DNA of 63,839 nt, counting the filler, from Cercozoa sp. M6MM (taxonomy: Eukaryota > Protista > Endomyxa: Ascetosporea): assembly GCA_040357565.1 (NCBI GenBank). It is 15 parts of 15 records of this genome, joined end to end, with 100 filler letters (N's around TTAATTAATTAA, not from the genome) between each part and the next. Parts side by side here need not be neighbours in the genome. Positions count along the whole stretch, not along the records: positions 23,520 to 29,916 come from JBDODJ010000744.1; positions 30,017 to 48,146 come from JBDODJ010000239.1; 13 more parts are not named here. One strand, 5' to 3'. Within the stretch, counting starts at the first letter, position 1. Every line of letters starts with the position of its first letter. Under the pieces are notes generated by a model. It was given only the letters and a program-made list of their open reading frames with translations, ran no database searches and was not told the DNA's origin. Below, piece by piece: positions 23,643 through 35,188 of the stretch. The position numbers were made by a program, and so were the translations under genes.

Positions 23643-26600
23643 ATCGGCGGCGTCGGCGACGATATCGGTGCTGCAGGCGCGTGTGCGCGGTCGCAGCAGT
23701 GGCTACGGCAGCGTGCTGGTGTTTCTGGCCACTCGCGACGACGTGCTTCGCTGCGCGCAGCTGCTCAAGGACGCCGCTGCTGCTTCCGACAGTGCCTGGT
23801 GTGTTTACCCCCTTTGCACCGCTCCCTGCACTCTCACGCCTGACTGGTCTGAATTTATCCCGCCGTGCTAACAGGGCACGCGATGTGCGTTTCTTGCCGC
23901 TGTACGCGGTACCACAATCTGTCCAAATGGACGAGTTACTTTGTAGCCTTTTTGTAACTGCGCAGGGCCAGCCACCGCGCGAACAGGCCCGCGTTTTCGA
24001 CGAACGCGGCCGCAGTGTATTTTTTGACTCCTTCTATTTACTATTTGATGTCCGTCTCTAAAATACAAGACTGTGGCTGCAGCTTAAAATTGTCCTGTCG
24101 ACCAAGGTGGCCGAAACTGCGGTCACTATTCCCAATGTCGGTATTTTCTCTATTTTTCGATCTAGCAGTTTATCAAAACAACTGAGCCATGTTTTGAAGG
24201 CGTCGTGATCGACACGCTGCTAGAAAGCACGAAATTCGTGGATCCTAACAGTGGTAGCTATTGCAGCAAACAATCTTGGTCACGCACCGCCAGTTTTGTT
24301 CACCTGTCTTCGTTTTTGGCAGGTATTATCAACGAGCGAGTGCTACCCGTGTCAAAATCCGCCGCTGCCCAGCGCAAGGCGCGTGCTGGCCGCACACACA
24401 GTGTACACTTGCGATTTCTCCTGAACTGATCCTACACACAAGCTTTAAACTTGAGCAGTCTCAAAAAGCGCTTTGTCTGCGATTGACGACGCTCGAAACT
24501 TTCGAGCAGCTCGCCGATCACAGCAAATCTGAGCTCTGTCGGCGCGATCTGTCGAGTGCAGTGCTAGCACTGCTTTTCCTTGGCGTTCGCAACGTGCATA
24601 AGTACTTTTGTCCTTTTCCTTTGTTGACTAATGATTAAAGACAGTTTTTTTTTTCAACTTGCAAACAACTTTGTTTGCAAACAACCTTGTTCGCATAATT
24701 TTCAATTTCGCGCCGAATAAATTGTTGATTTGCTCCGAAACAGGTTTCCATTCGTTTCACGTCCTTCAGCAGCCTTGTTAAGACATGCTCTCGAGCGGTT
24801 GTACGCCGTTCGGGCCATCGATGCAGGTAGATCAGTTTTTTTTTTCGATTTCGACTCAGTTGGATGAACAAACCGATTGCTGCGATGTGTGCTCGCAGAG
24901 GGTCAGCTGCAGTGGCCATGTCTGCGCGAAAAGTCGAAAACAGAGACTGGAACGGGAACAGCTGCAGCAGCGGCACTTTTGTCGTCGAGACACGGCGCAG
25001 CTGCCATCAACGATCTCTGCCTCACTGTATACTGCCTACGTGTTTCTCCCTTAATCCTATGTTCTTTGCTGTATGGACTTTCACTTTACTTTTTGTCTTA
25101 CACTTTGCTCTGCCCTTTTGTTGTTTATGTTAAATCCTGTTTCTTTTTTCTTTTTCTTTTTCTTTTTTCTTTTTTCTTTAACTTTTACGCCTTTTCCTTT
25201 GGCTCTGTCCTTATGCTTGCCTTTCGTTTTCACCCTGCACCTTGACTTTTAGCCTTTTTCGTCTGTGCCAAAACTAGACCCTTTCAGACCTAAACCTTTT
25301 ATATCCCTCCTCTCCTGTCTGATTCAACTTCACTCTTTGGTTTTTTACCTGCTCATTTATCGCATTATTTTGGGAGCCTTGTTCGCGAATGCCTGTCCTG
25401 TGATGCTTGCCCTTTGATACTTGTGCTTTGAGCCTGTGCTCGTTGTATTCGTTGAGTGTGCGCTGCGACAGGACATTCGACTGGCGCGCACGGTGAACGC
25501 GGCGATCTTTGAGCACTCGTGCGGTCGCGACGGCATCTCGCTGGCGGCCATGCTGCTGGTGGCCGACGCGCTGTGGACGCTGCCGGCCGAGGTGCATCCA
25601 ACCGACGAAGAGGGCATCGATAAGGCGCGCCGACATATTTACGTGCGTGTTCTTTTCTGTGTCTTGTTATCTACTTCAACCCAATGTGTTGTGTTGTCAC
25701 AGGTCAAGGAAGGCGACCACCCGACTCTGCTTAACGTTCTTTCTTCCCCTTACCCTGTTTACCCCCTCCCCCTCCTTGTTTACCTCTCCCTCATCGTGTA
25801 GGTGTGGCGTCAGTGGTCGGCGCAGCGTCGCACGAGTCGCAGCGAAGGTACATGAGCTGACTGCAGAGTGATCAATCACTCTGTGACCAGCATATCGATC
25901 ATTGAGTGATCAATTGATTGCAGCTGCCGAGTGGTGTCGCATGGTCGGTGTCAGCAATGCTGCCATGGTAGTCCCCTCTCTCACACCCTTACCCCGCCCC
26001 CCCCCCCCCATTGTTTGGTGTCTGCGACAGCTACGTGCTGCAGCGATTCGCGCCCAGTTGGCACGTGCCTACAAACTGGCTTATGGTAGGCGCACTTCAT
26101 GCCCTTCACGTACCTTGGAAATTGATACCTGCAGGCGGCGTGGCCGAGGGCACCGACACGGTTGATGCCATGCTGGAGACTTCGTGTGAACAGGTACATT
26201 TGAACAGCCGATTTGTACATCCTGTCCTGTCCGTGTGTACAGTCCCCCTTTTGTTAAGGACGTGAACGCCTTGTTGAAGGCGCTGGCGGCGGGTTTCTGC
26301 GACAGCGTCGCCGTGCGCGGCGGTGGCGGCCGCGGCTCCCCGGGTACCACACATACATATATACAGTGTATATATATATATATATATGTGTAGATGTTTA
26401 TATCTTGCATGTGTATGATATATATATATATATGTATTTGTACGTATGTGTATATTCACGTTTATGTATATTGATGTGTAAATAGATATGTATAAATATC
26501 ATATGCATCTACTTGTGTATGTATATTGTTGGAGTACATGTTATACTGTACACGCAGACGAAGCAGGCGTGCTGAGCGGTATGTACCAGAGCATGCGCGG

Positions 26601-27204
26601 TCAGTCGCAGCTGCGGCCGAGTGAGCACTCGGTGTTGTCGCACCGACTGCTGGCGGCCGCTCCGCCCGTCTCAGTGGTCTTCCACGAGGCCGTCTCGCTG
26701 CGCCGCAATGCCACGGTGCGACTGATCACTTACCAGCCTGGCTGACCACTTTCTGACTGACCACTCTCTGACTGACCACTCTGACATGTGTAGGCCGAGG
26801 AAAAACGACGCGACTGGACCGGCGCGCGTCTCGTGGAAGTGCGGTACCCTGGCTGTTGGATCCTCTTGCCATTTACCCCCCCCCACTAGGGAGATGCGCG
26901 AGGTGACGTCGATTCCGGCGTGGCTGCTGGCCGAGGCGGCGCCACACGCCTTCTCGTTCGACGTCGGTGTCGCTCACCGTAGCGACATCAAGCGGCAGAA
27001 GACTGCGCCCAGGTAGCTCTGCTGTTTGTTGTTTTCTGCGTTTGTTTCCGTTGGTCTTGCTGTTTTTCCTGTTCTTGTTGTCTGTTGTTGTGAGTACGGG
27101 TGGATGCTGGTTGTAGTGGACGAGGCGCCGCACTGGCACGTCCGCGCAACCGACTCGTCACCGACGCTGCCGGACGCGCCGTCATCCATCGCGACATCTT
27201 CTAA
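23643..27204 (+). CDS. Divergent DEAH/RHA-box RNA helicase, C-terminal half (RecA2, HA2, OB)
   Basis: GSVLVFLAT, FLPLYA, KIVLSTKVAETAVTIPNV, VVID, SKSAAAQRKARAGRT, GDHPTLLNV, FVHP, MREVTSI; stop TAA 27202-27204. Confidence 0.85.
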
Positions 27205-27239
27205 GTCGCAGCTTCCTCTGCGAATCTCGACTGGTGACC

Positions 27240-27491
27240 TGGTGCTGACGTTTGTCAGTGAAAACAACTAAATAAAAGAAGTCGAAGCGAAAGAACTTAA
27301 TCAAATAGTTCAGTTTGAAGAAGCGAAGGAACTGGCAGACACAGGTCCAGACAGTCATAGCTCTGAAGGCAGTAGTGCCGCAGAGCCACAATGTCTTAAC
27401 TCTTCTTTCTCTGTTGCTTCAATAATAGTAGACCAACTGGTCTGCCTGGTCATCCCCTCGGAGACTGCATAATCTGAATCAGTCTGTAACC
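27240..27491 (-). mobile_element. Degenerate, internally deleted solo LTR of the same Gypsy family
   Basis: Both ends match the LTR reverse complement: CTGACGTTTGTCAGTGAAAACAACTAAATAAAAGAAGT and GGAGACTGCATAATCTGAATCAGTCTGTAAC. Confidence 0.85.
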
Positions 27492-27627
27492 TGACAAACG
27501 GAAGCGCTATACACGTGACTGCACCATCGCGATTGCATGGATCTTGGGTTTGTGAGTTGCAAGCATGCTAGGGCGCTCAGTTCATTCCAGTTCACAGTCG
27601 AGTCCGAGAGCATCGGGATCCGGAGGA

Positions 27628-28370
27628 TCACATGAGGTACTTCTTGGGTGACTTGTAATTGATCTGTGACACCAGCAAACATACACACACACGCACACAC
27701 ACACACGCACACACACACACACACGCACAATGCCTCTGGACAAGACAGGCACTGCGCACCTTGCCGCCGAGATGCTCGCACAGCGCGCGGAACGTCAGCG
27801 GTTCCTCCATCGCGAGTGTCGACAGCATCTACTTTCACACAAGATGGATGCACTGACAGCTAGATGGATGCATTGACAGCTAAGCAGGAGGTACCTTGCG
27901 GTCCAGCACGACGTTGTCCATGTGCGCCGCGTGCACAAAGTCGCTGTAGCGCAGGCCGTGCTCATTGGCGGCAGCGTTGATACGCTGGATTTGCAGCTAC
28001 ACAGGGGGCAGGGGGGGTAACATGGGGGGGGGGGTAACATGGGGGTAAAAGCATACTCGGCGGAAGTGACGCTTCTTCAGCTTTCGTCCGCGGTAGGCCT
28101 AAATAAAAGTCGATACATAGATACACATATGTAAATAGATACGTACACACATATACATCAGAGTAACACACCTTGGTCCACGCCTTCTCAACCGTATGTC
28201 GCGCAATGCGAATGCAGTTCTTGGCGCGACCCTAACAACCGACAACACGTACAGTGAGGAAGGGACCTAATGCACCCCAGAAACAGCAAGGGTACTCTGT
28301 AGCCCTTGGCGTATTTCAGCAGTTTCTGCGTGCGACGCATGCGAGGCGACACCACCTGCAGAGTGCGCAT
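27628..28370 (-). CDS. MRPL20: Mitochondrial ribosomal protein bL20m
   Basis: KLLKYAKGYR|GRAKNCIRIA...VEKA...|AYRGRKLKKRHFR...IQRINAAANEHGLRYSDF...LDRK|MLSTLAMEEPLTF. Confidence 0.92.
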
Positions 28371-29088
28371 TATGAACTGGTACACTCACAGCCTGCTGAG
28401 ATCAGAGTCTTGCTACCGAGGCCTTCCATTGAAAGCGCTGGATCGGATTGACCTCCTTGCCGAGACTCCTGGACACACCCAGTTTTTATACTTATGTCAC
28501 CCCCCCGGAGCAAACACAACGCACCACGTCGACAGAGGGTTGCGCACGCGCACCGACGATGGCAACTCGCTGAGTTTCTGCAGACAAACACATAGCACAC
28601 ACCTCCCAACATAGCACAGCACAGGACAACCAATTGAGTGATCAGTCCGTACCACATTGACCGTTGCGTTGAAAAGGGATGCCGGTGACACGACTAGACG
28701 CGGCACGCCACTCAGTGCGGACACCGCGTTGCGCACCAGCGGGCCCGTCGACATGACTGCAGGCCAGCACACAAAAAATAATTTCGCACACCAGCCACTT
28801 CATCTAAAGACTGGACAATACCGTTTATACTATACGCACACCGTGGTTTAGGACAAGGCCAATCTACTGTACCGTGTACAGATAGAAAGCTCCTTAAAAA
28901 AAGATGGTCAAACATTGTAGCCACGCTAGATAGTGGACCTTGGGAGCGGTCTACGTGCCCACACCTGTGCCTATAAGCTGTGGTCGTCACGAGGCTTGTA
29001 CGTTGGAGTGGAAGCCAGGATTTCGTCTAAAGTCAGAAAACGCGGTAACTTAGAGTGCTGAGGCGGTGTCGGGTAGCGTGTGAAACGA

Positions 29089-29739
29089 ATGCAGTCACCC
29101 CGTGAGCTGTGGCAGTCATTGACGGCCGAAGAGGTGCCATTTTGGAAGAATGTTGCTTGCGTAGCGAAAAGAAGCGTGTTTTTTGCAGCGCGACGCAGCG
29201 GCGCAACGCGTGGCGAAAATTCGCGCTCGTCGCAAAATTTTGTGCGAATTTTGTCTCCTAGACTGCGGTATATTTCTTGTATTTTCCCGGGGGTATCTAA
29301 GTGTCTGGGTGTGGACAGGAGCAGAGGCGTGTCACATCCAGTTCGTTCAAAGTGGACGCGTCATCTGTGTTGAAGTAGTCGGATCTTTACCCCCTCCCTG
29401 TCTCCTTGTCCTCCCCTATCCCTACTTCTTTACTCTATTTACTCCTTCTCGAATGCTCCCTTAACCATTCTTATCCCCTAACCATTCTTACCCCCTTAAC
29501 CATTCTTGCCCCCCCCCCCGGGGGGGGGCGGCGGGGGGGGGGTGACGATGCGCGAAATGACGACATTTTCGACACTGCCAGCGGCGCTTTCCGATCGTAC
29601 TTTACCCCCCCCCCTACCCTTCTACCCCTTTCCCTTATCCCCTAACCCCCCTATCCCCCCCTATGACGGCAGAGTGGAAGTGAGTCGTCCGGAATATCAC
29701 GTGGTTTCGCACAACACCGAGGAGACGCTGTTTGACGAG
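29089..29739 (+). CDS. ADA2: Transcriptional adaptor ADA2-like, N-terminal exons (ZZ-like finger and pre-SANT linker)
   Basis: ILCEFCLLDC|GAEACHIQF...ICVE ... EYHVVSHNTEETLFDE. The SANT exon that should follow is on the opposite strand (29802-29894). Confidence 0.65.
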
Positions 29740-29801
29740 GTGGCGCTTTTACCCCCCCCCCCCCCCCCCCCCCTTTCCCCCCCTGTTTACCCCCCACCTA
29801 C

Positions 29802-29894
29802 CTTGCCAATGACGTCAGCACACGCGTGGAAGTTGCCAAAGCCCTTGCGTCGCATCGTGTCCAGCAACGTCACCTCGTCGGCGTATGTCCAGTT
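29802..29894 (-). CDS. ADA2: ADA2-type SANT-domain exon in inverted orientation
   Basis: CAG|NWTYADEVTLLDTMRRKGFGNFHACADVIGK|GTAGG, 93 nt, phase 0-0. Confidence 0.7.
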
Positions 29895-30016
29895 CTGCAC
29901 TCCAGTCAGAGGGGGGNNNNNNNNNNNNNNNNNNNNNNNNNNNNNNNNNNNNNNNNNNNNTTAATTAATTAANNNNNNNNNNNNNNNNNNNNNNNNNNNN
30001 NNNNNNNNNNNNNNNN

Positions 30017-32961
30017 CTGTCTATGAGGAGACCTAAGATTCTCATTTTGTCTACTTGCTCGATGTCTTCTCTCTCGTTGTCGTGGGACAGTGTTTTCATT
30101 CTGATTTTGAGGTCTCTGATAGTCTTCTTTCCCAGTTGGATGAACTGAGTCTTTGTGGGTGCAAATTCCATGCCGTTGCGTTTTGCCCAGGTGGTGGCTG
30201 TGTCCAGGAGGCGCCTACACGCTTCCTGCATGTCTGATCTCTTTGTTGTCCTTACTATGACGTATGAGTCATCGGCGTATCCGACACTGTGTGCAGTGGT
30301 TACTGCTCCTTTAATTTTATAGTTTCGGGGGTGTCGTTTCATGTGTTCTCCTGTTCTTTGCAGTTGTATGTGCATGTCATCGAGGAAGGTCTTTGCGAGT
30401 AGAGGGCTGCAGATGGCTCCTTGGGGAGTACTGCCGTTGACTTGTTTGTCTGTTGATTCTGTGTCGTTTCTTCTCACCGAGATAGTTCTGTCTGAGAGGA
30501 AGGACTCCATGAGTAGCAGTTCTTTGCCATTCACATGTTTGGACAGGGCAATGATTGCGCCCTCTTTGTGGAGCTTGTCGAAGAAGCCTTTGATGTCTAG
30601 ACTAATGACTGTCATGTACTCTCCTGCTTTCTTTGCCATTTCTGCCTGCTGTTGTATGTAAGCCAGTGTGTCTAGCGTTGACATGTGTTGTTTCCACCCA
30701 GATTGGTACTTGGATACATACTGTGTGTTCATTTGTTGGGATGCTCTCTCGTTCATGAGTTTGTCCAGTAGCTTGCCGAGGCACGGCAGCAGCGAGATGG
30801 GTCGGTAGGAAGCTGCCTTTGTACAGTCCTTGCCAGGCTTGGGTAGCATCACTATAGTTGCATGTTTCCATGCCTTCGGGAAGTACCCATGTGTGAGACA
30901 GGCATTGTAGACCTTCAGTAGCAGTTGTTTGGTCTCATCTGGTAGGTGTATAATGTGGTGGTTCATGATTTTGTCTCTGCCAGGTGCCTTGAATGGCGGG
31001 AGAGTGTTGATTGCAGCTTCCAGTTCGTCCATTGTCCATAGTTTTGGTGCTTGTTGCAGTTGTGCTGCCTGTTGTAACACCTCTTGGTGTTGTTGTGCAA
31101 ATCTGTTCTCTCCGAGTACTTCATTGTTCATTGCGAATTGGGACCAGTCTAGTGTGGTTTTCTTTTGTAAGTGTTCTGCGAAGATCTCTGCGATGGCTTT
31201 GTCTTCTGAGGCACCCTCAATTGTTGAGGCTCTGGTAGCGCCATTTGTTTCTCTGTCATTGATGTTTCTCAGTAGTCGAGTGGTCTCCCCGATTGTTGTG
31301 TGCGCGTTCAGTCTGGCCACTCTCTCCTGCCATAGTGCTTGTCTATCAATGCGAAGGCATTGTCTGAGTTGTTTTCTCATGTTTTTGAGGAGTGCTTCGA
31401 GTTCAGACGCATCTTCATTTTTGTTTTTCAGTTCCTTAATGAGTTTCATGGTGCTATATGTGTTTCTCTTGATTTTTATCGAGTCGACCGATATGCCTAG
31501 GCATGAGTGTTGGGTGATTATTTTGGTGGGTGTTGCCTCTTCTATGGCTTCCTGCATGGCTTTGGTGATGTCTTCGACTGTGTCATTGATTTGCTCGATG
31601 TTGTCCACATCTCTCTCTTGTGATAGCAGTCGAATCGATTCATGTTCTTTGTATTTTTGGAGATCTATCTTCTTGTAGTTCTTTCTCCGTATGGTGTGTT
31701 TTGGTTTACGCACTGCTCGTTCTACTGTGACCATAACAGCGTGGTGGTCGCTGTATAGGAAGTGCAGGTGATCGTAGACCGATATTGTAGATTGTGCTGA
31801 GATGACACTGTCAGCTATCGCGAGGTCTATCGTTGTTCTGGGCTTGGCCTCTGCCTCTCCTCGGACTCTGTAACTGTGGGTTGGAGTGTACTTGTTGAGT
31901 ATCTCCCAGTCATTTTCAGCTATTGCTTCTTGTAGGGCAATGCCTTGCTTGTTCGCCCGCGCTGATGTGGTTCTCGTTGTACCGTTGTCTACGTGTTCCT
32001 GGGAGTATCCAGCTTGATCTCTGGTATGTGCACACCACTTGGCGTGTTTTGCATTGAGGTCGCCAAGAATGAGACCAGGCTCCTGTGTTCTGCTGTGGAA
32101 TTCCTTGAAGTCAGTTGTCAGTTGCTGCATTTGTTCCTTGCAGTTTCTGTCGGTTGGGTGGATGTAAGCGTACCATAGATGGAATCTCGTTCTCTTATGT
32201 TGTCCCACTCTTAGGTGGATGTACGAGGATGTTTCTGGGTTCCAGACACCAACAATGTGTAGCAGTGCTTTGTGTTTGCTGTATATCAGTGTGCCTTCTC
32301 GGAGTGTCTTGTTGTCTTCTTTGGATAGTTTTGACGCGATGGAGGCGACCAGTGCGTATTCGTTTAGTCTTTGCGGTGGGTTGTTGTGTCTGGTTTCACT
32401 TAAGCATACGATGTCCGGCCTTTCTTCGGGCTGCAGGCAGTATATGCTGCTCAGTAGTTCCTGTTGTTTTTCCTTGTTGAAGGTGTTCACATTTTGGTGT
32501 AGGATGTGTAGTTTCGTACTTCTTTCTGCGTGGTTCTGTAGGGCCCCGATCTTTGCCCGCCTGAAGGCCTGCTGTATCATTGCCCCGTTGAGTGTGCGTC
32601 TTGCGGTGCACCTGTGCTTAGCTCGTTTGTCTGCGCGTTCGTACAGTTCTTTTATTCTTTTCTGTCCTGTCTCAGGTTCCAGGATTTCCTCTTGTTCTAT
32701 CATGTATGCTTCTAGGCCTATTTCCCTCATGTCGGGTATAATTATCTCATCAATGTGACGATCGTTGTTATTGTTGTCATCACTCTCATAGGTTTCTATT
32801 CCAATCTCTCTCATACCTGGTATCCCGATCTCGCCGTTTGGGTGGTCCCTCTCTTCTCTGTTATTCTCTGCGTGCCTTGTTCGTTTATTGCGATTGTTTA
32901 CGCTCTCTGCTCCTTGTATATCAGCCAAGGCTCTGTTCCGTTTTTCTCCTATTCTAATCAT
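30017..32961 (-). CDS. LINE ORF: apurinic-like endonuclease plus reverse transcriptase
   Basis: HQNVN, DIVCLSET, GDLNAKH, TIDLA, SDH (APE); KAPGRDKI, YRPISLL, LDIKGFFD, PQGAICSP, YADD (RT). The frame stays open upstream to the TAA at 33364-33366. Confidence 0.95.
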
Positions 32962-33690
32962 CGCTTGGTGTGTATTTTTGGTAGTGGGTTCTACGGTTGT
33001 GCCTAACCGGCGGGTTTGGTCCGTAGGGTCCTCGTCCGGCTGGTTTAGCGACTCGTTGGTTGAGATTTGTTGTACTTTGTCTAGATCGCACGGTCGGTTT
33101 GGCGCTGAGAGATCTGGCTCGAGGTCGCTGGGTAGGTCGAGGTCGGGGTCTGGGTGCTCCAGGTCTCGGTGAGCCTCTGCAGGGGCAGCTCTCGTGTGCC
33201 GTGGGTGGCTTCGGTCAGCTTCATGTTCTTCTATTTCGAGGCGTTCTTCGTGTCTCGCTGCAGATCTCGGGCGCTTCTTCCGGTTATCGGTCTGGTGTAG
33301 GCCCTCCCGTTCCTTTCGGTGCTCCCCGGGTGTGGGGTTTAGGCTACCCTGTCCGGCCAGTAATTATTGGCCGGGGTTTGGATCGTGCACCGCTACCGGA
33401 CGGGGCTTCCGGCAGTGGGCACAGCTGTAGCAATTTATATGCTCTAGTCGTGGGCTGATCACCTTGGGCTGGGCTGCTTGTTCCACGTGGTCGCAGATCT
33501 CGCCGAAGCTGATCCCGTTCATCGTGGTCTTCCGCACGAGCGATAGGTGTTTTTTGTTTGTTGGTGGGTTCCCTGGCGGGTGGCCGGAGACCGGCAATGG
33601 CTGACGCCTGTAATGCATAGCATCCAGTGCCGAGGCACTCAGCCCCCCATCCTGCGAGTGGGGGGTTGTCAGGGCGCGAAAACACACCGA
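30017..33690 (-). mobile_element. Non-LTR retrotransposon (APE-RT LINE, I/Jockey/Ingi-like); 3' end cut by the contig edge, 5' boundary approximate
   Basis: Intron-less A-rich long ORF with endonuclease and RT domains; GC-rich upstream region. Confidence 0.93.
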
Positions 33691-34539
33691 GACGAAAAAC
33701 AGAAAAGAGAACGCAGGAAACAAGAAACAACAAAAGTTGGGGCAGCTTCGCTGGGGCTCTAACTCCGCATGCTAGTTGTATGGGGCCCTCAGGCCTCGTT
33801 TGTGCCTTCTGGCGGGCCATAGGGACAGGGCCCACCTAGCCAAAAAGTGGGGTTGCGCACTTTAGCGGGTCGATATGGGGCTCTAACTGGAGCTGATGAC
33901 TTGAGCAGAGCAGTGCACACACTGGTTACTCTAAAGAAGGTTGGCGGTCAAGTAAAAACACTAAAAAACCCCTTTTGCGATGCGGTTTCACGTCGCTAGG
34001 TTCACTTGCTTGTTTCTAAAACCATAAAAGGTATTGCTAAGGTACTCTCTTTGTGTCAATGAAGTAATAAACGCGCTCACCGAACGCCAAAATGAGAAAC
34101 GTGCTCACCGAACGCATTGACACGATCTGTGGAACTTCCAGCCCAGCAGAGAGCAATGGAACTTCGCTTAGTCTTATTGACGACTTTCTTCTTTGTTACC
34201 GCACCCTCTCAGATAGGGATCAGGCCTTGGTAAATTGAGGGTACTTTGCCAATACATAAAAACTAAGGAATGTAAGAAAGTCTGTTCCTGGAGGGAGAGT
34301 GCGCGTAGGTAAATCAATTCCATTGCTGTCCCTTTGCGCTAATCCAATTCTGGCACTCCGTGTGCCGTTCGACTTCTTAGAGGGACTACCGGCGGGATTT
34401 TCCTCGCTGCCAGTCCAACTGCGTCGCGTCGAAAGGTGGCGTTGACGGATGCAGTCGTCTGTTCGCAGGGGTGAGTGACCATCAGTTGCAAACAATCGGC
34501 TGCGACCCAGAAGACGAAATGACCAGACTCAGACCGTCA

Positions 34540-35188
34540 CTTTAAAGCGTCCGTTCGTTCGGCAGCTGAGGCGACGGCATTGGTCGCTGCACAGGCGACG
34601 GCGCTGTCAAACAAATCATGTAAAAAATACAAACAGCACAATAGATAACAGCACAAAGTACTGTAGCCGAAACCGCCACGCGCACGCGACTGGATCGCAG
34701 CAACTCGGCGGTTTTTGCTTTCTGTTGACAAATACAACAGAGTAGCAAGGGACGGGGTAAAGGAAGAAACTTGATGTACGCGAGGATGTGGACGAATTGG
34801 ATAAAGGAGCCTGACGGCGGGGAGACACTTGCGGCACGCGAGACCGACCGAACTTCTTGATTCGGAATCGCAGCCACGTTGGCATCAGCATCGCCAAGTA
34901 GACTTCGAGAACAAAGGTTGTCAGGGAGGGGAGGGGCAAAACAAGGGGTGAAATTAGACGCACCAAGGAGTTTGAGTGAACGAGGCGCGTACACTTCGGC
35001 TGCACCCGTTGCCACGCAGTGCACTGGAACAAGGAATAGAAAGGCATGACAACGAGGGAGAAATAGCGTAGTGAAAATAACATACTAACAGCATCGGCGA
35101 CACTCTGCGCTGTCGTTGTCGGCAGCAGCGAGTGAACGCGTTCACCGACCTGAACAGACTCAAGTGTTACCGTCTTGCATCCCGCCAT
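34540..35188 (-). CDS. Multi-exon gene of unknown function
   Basis: ATG at 35188 followed by exon-like blocks with GT-AG introns. No family recognised; 3' end uncertain. Confidence 0.3.

Noticed and set aside
29508-29545. Poly-C/poly-G hairpins (also 5978-6020) as structural elements
   Set aside because: At 29508-29545 the run overwrites the expected acceptor and first codons of an ADA2 exon, which points to homopolymer-associated sequencing error. The 5978-6020 run is probably similar.
33364-33366. Stop-codon reassignment in the host
   Set aside because: TAA, TAG and TGA each end conserved genes (DEAH, FEX, MRPL20), and I saw no in-frame stops within conserved exons.
33367-33390. 2A (StopGo) peptide before the LINE ORF (HDPNPGQ)
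   Set aside because: It lacks the required D(V/I)ExNPGP consensus: no Glu and no final Pro.
33893-33958. Hammerhead ribozyme (CTGATGA...stem...) on the + strand
   Set aside because: Stem II is followed by TAAA rather than GAAA, and stems I/III could not be formed.
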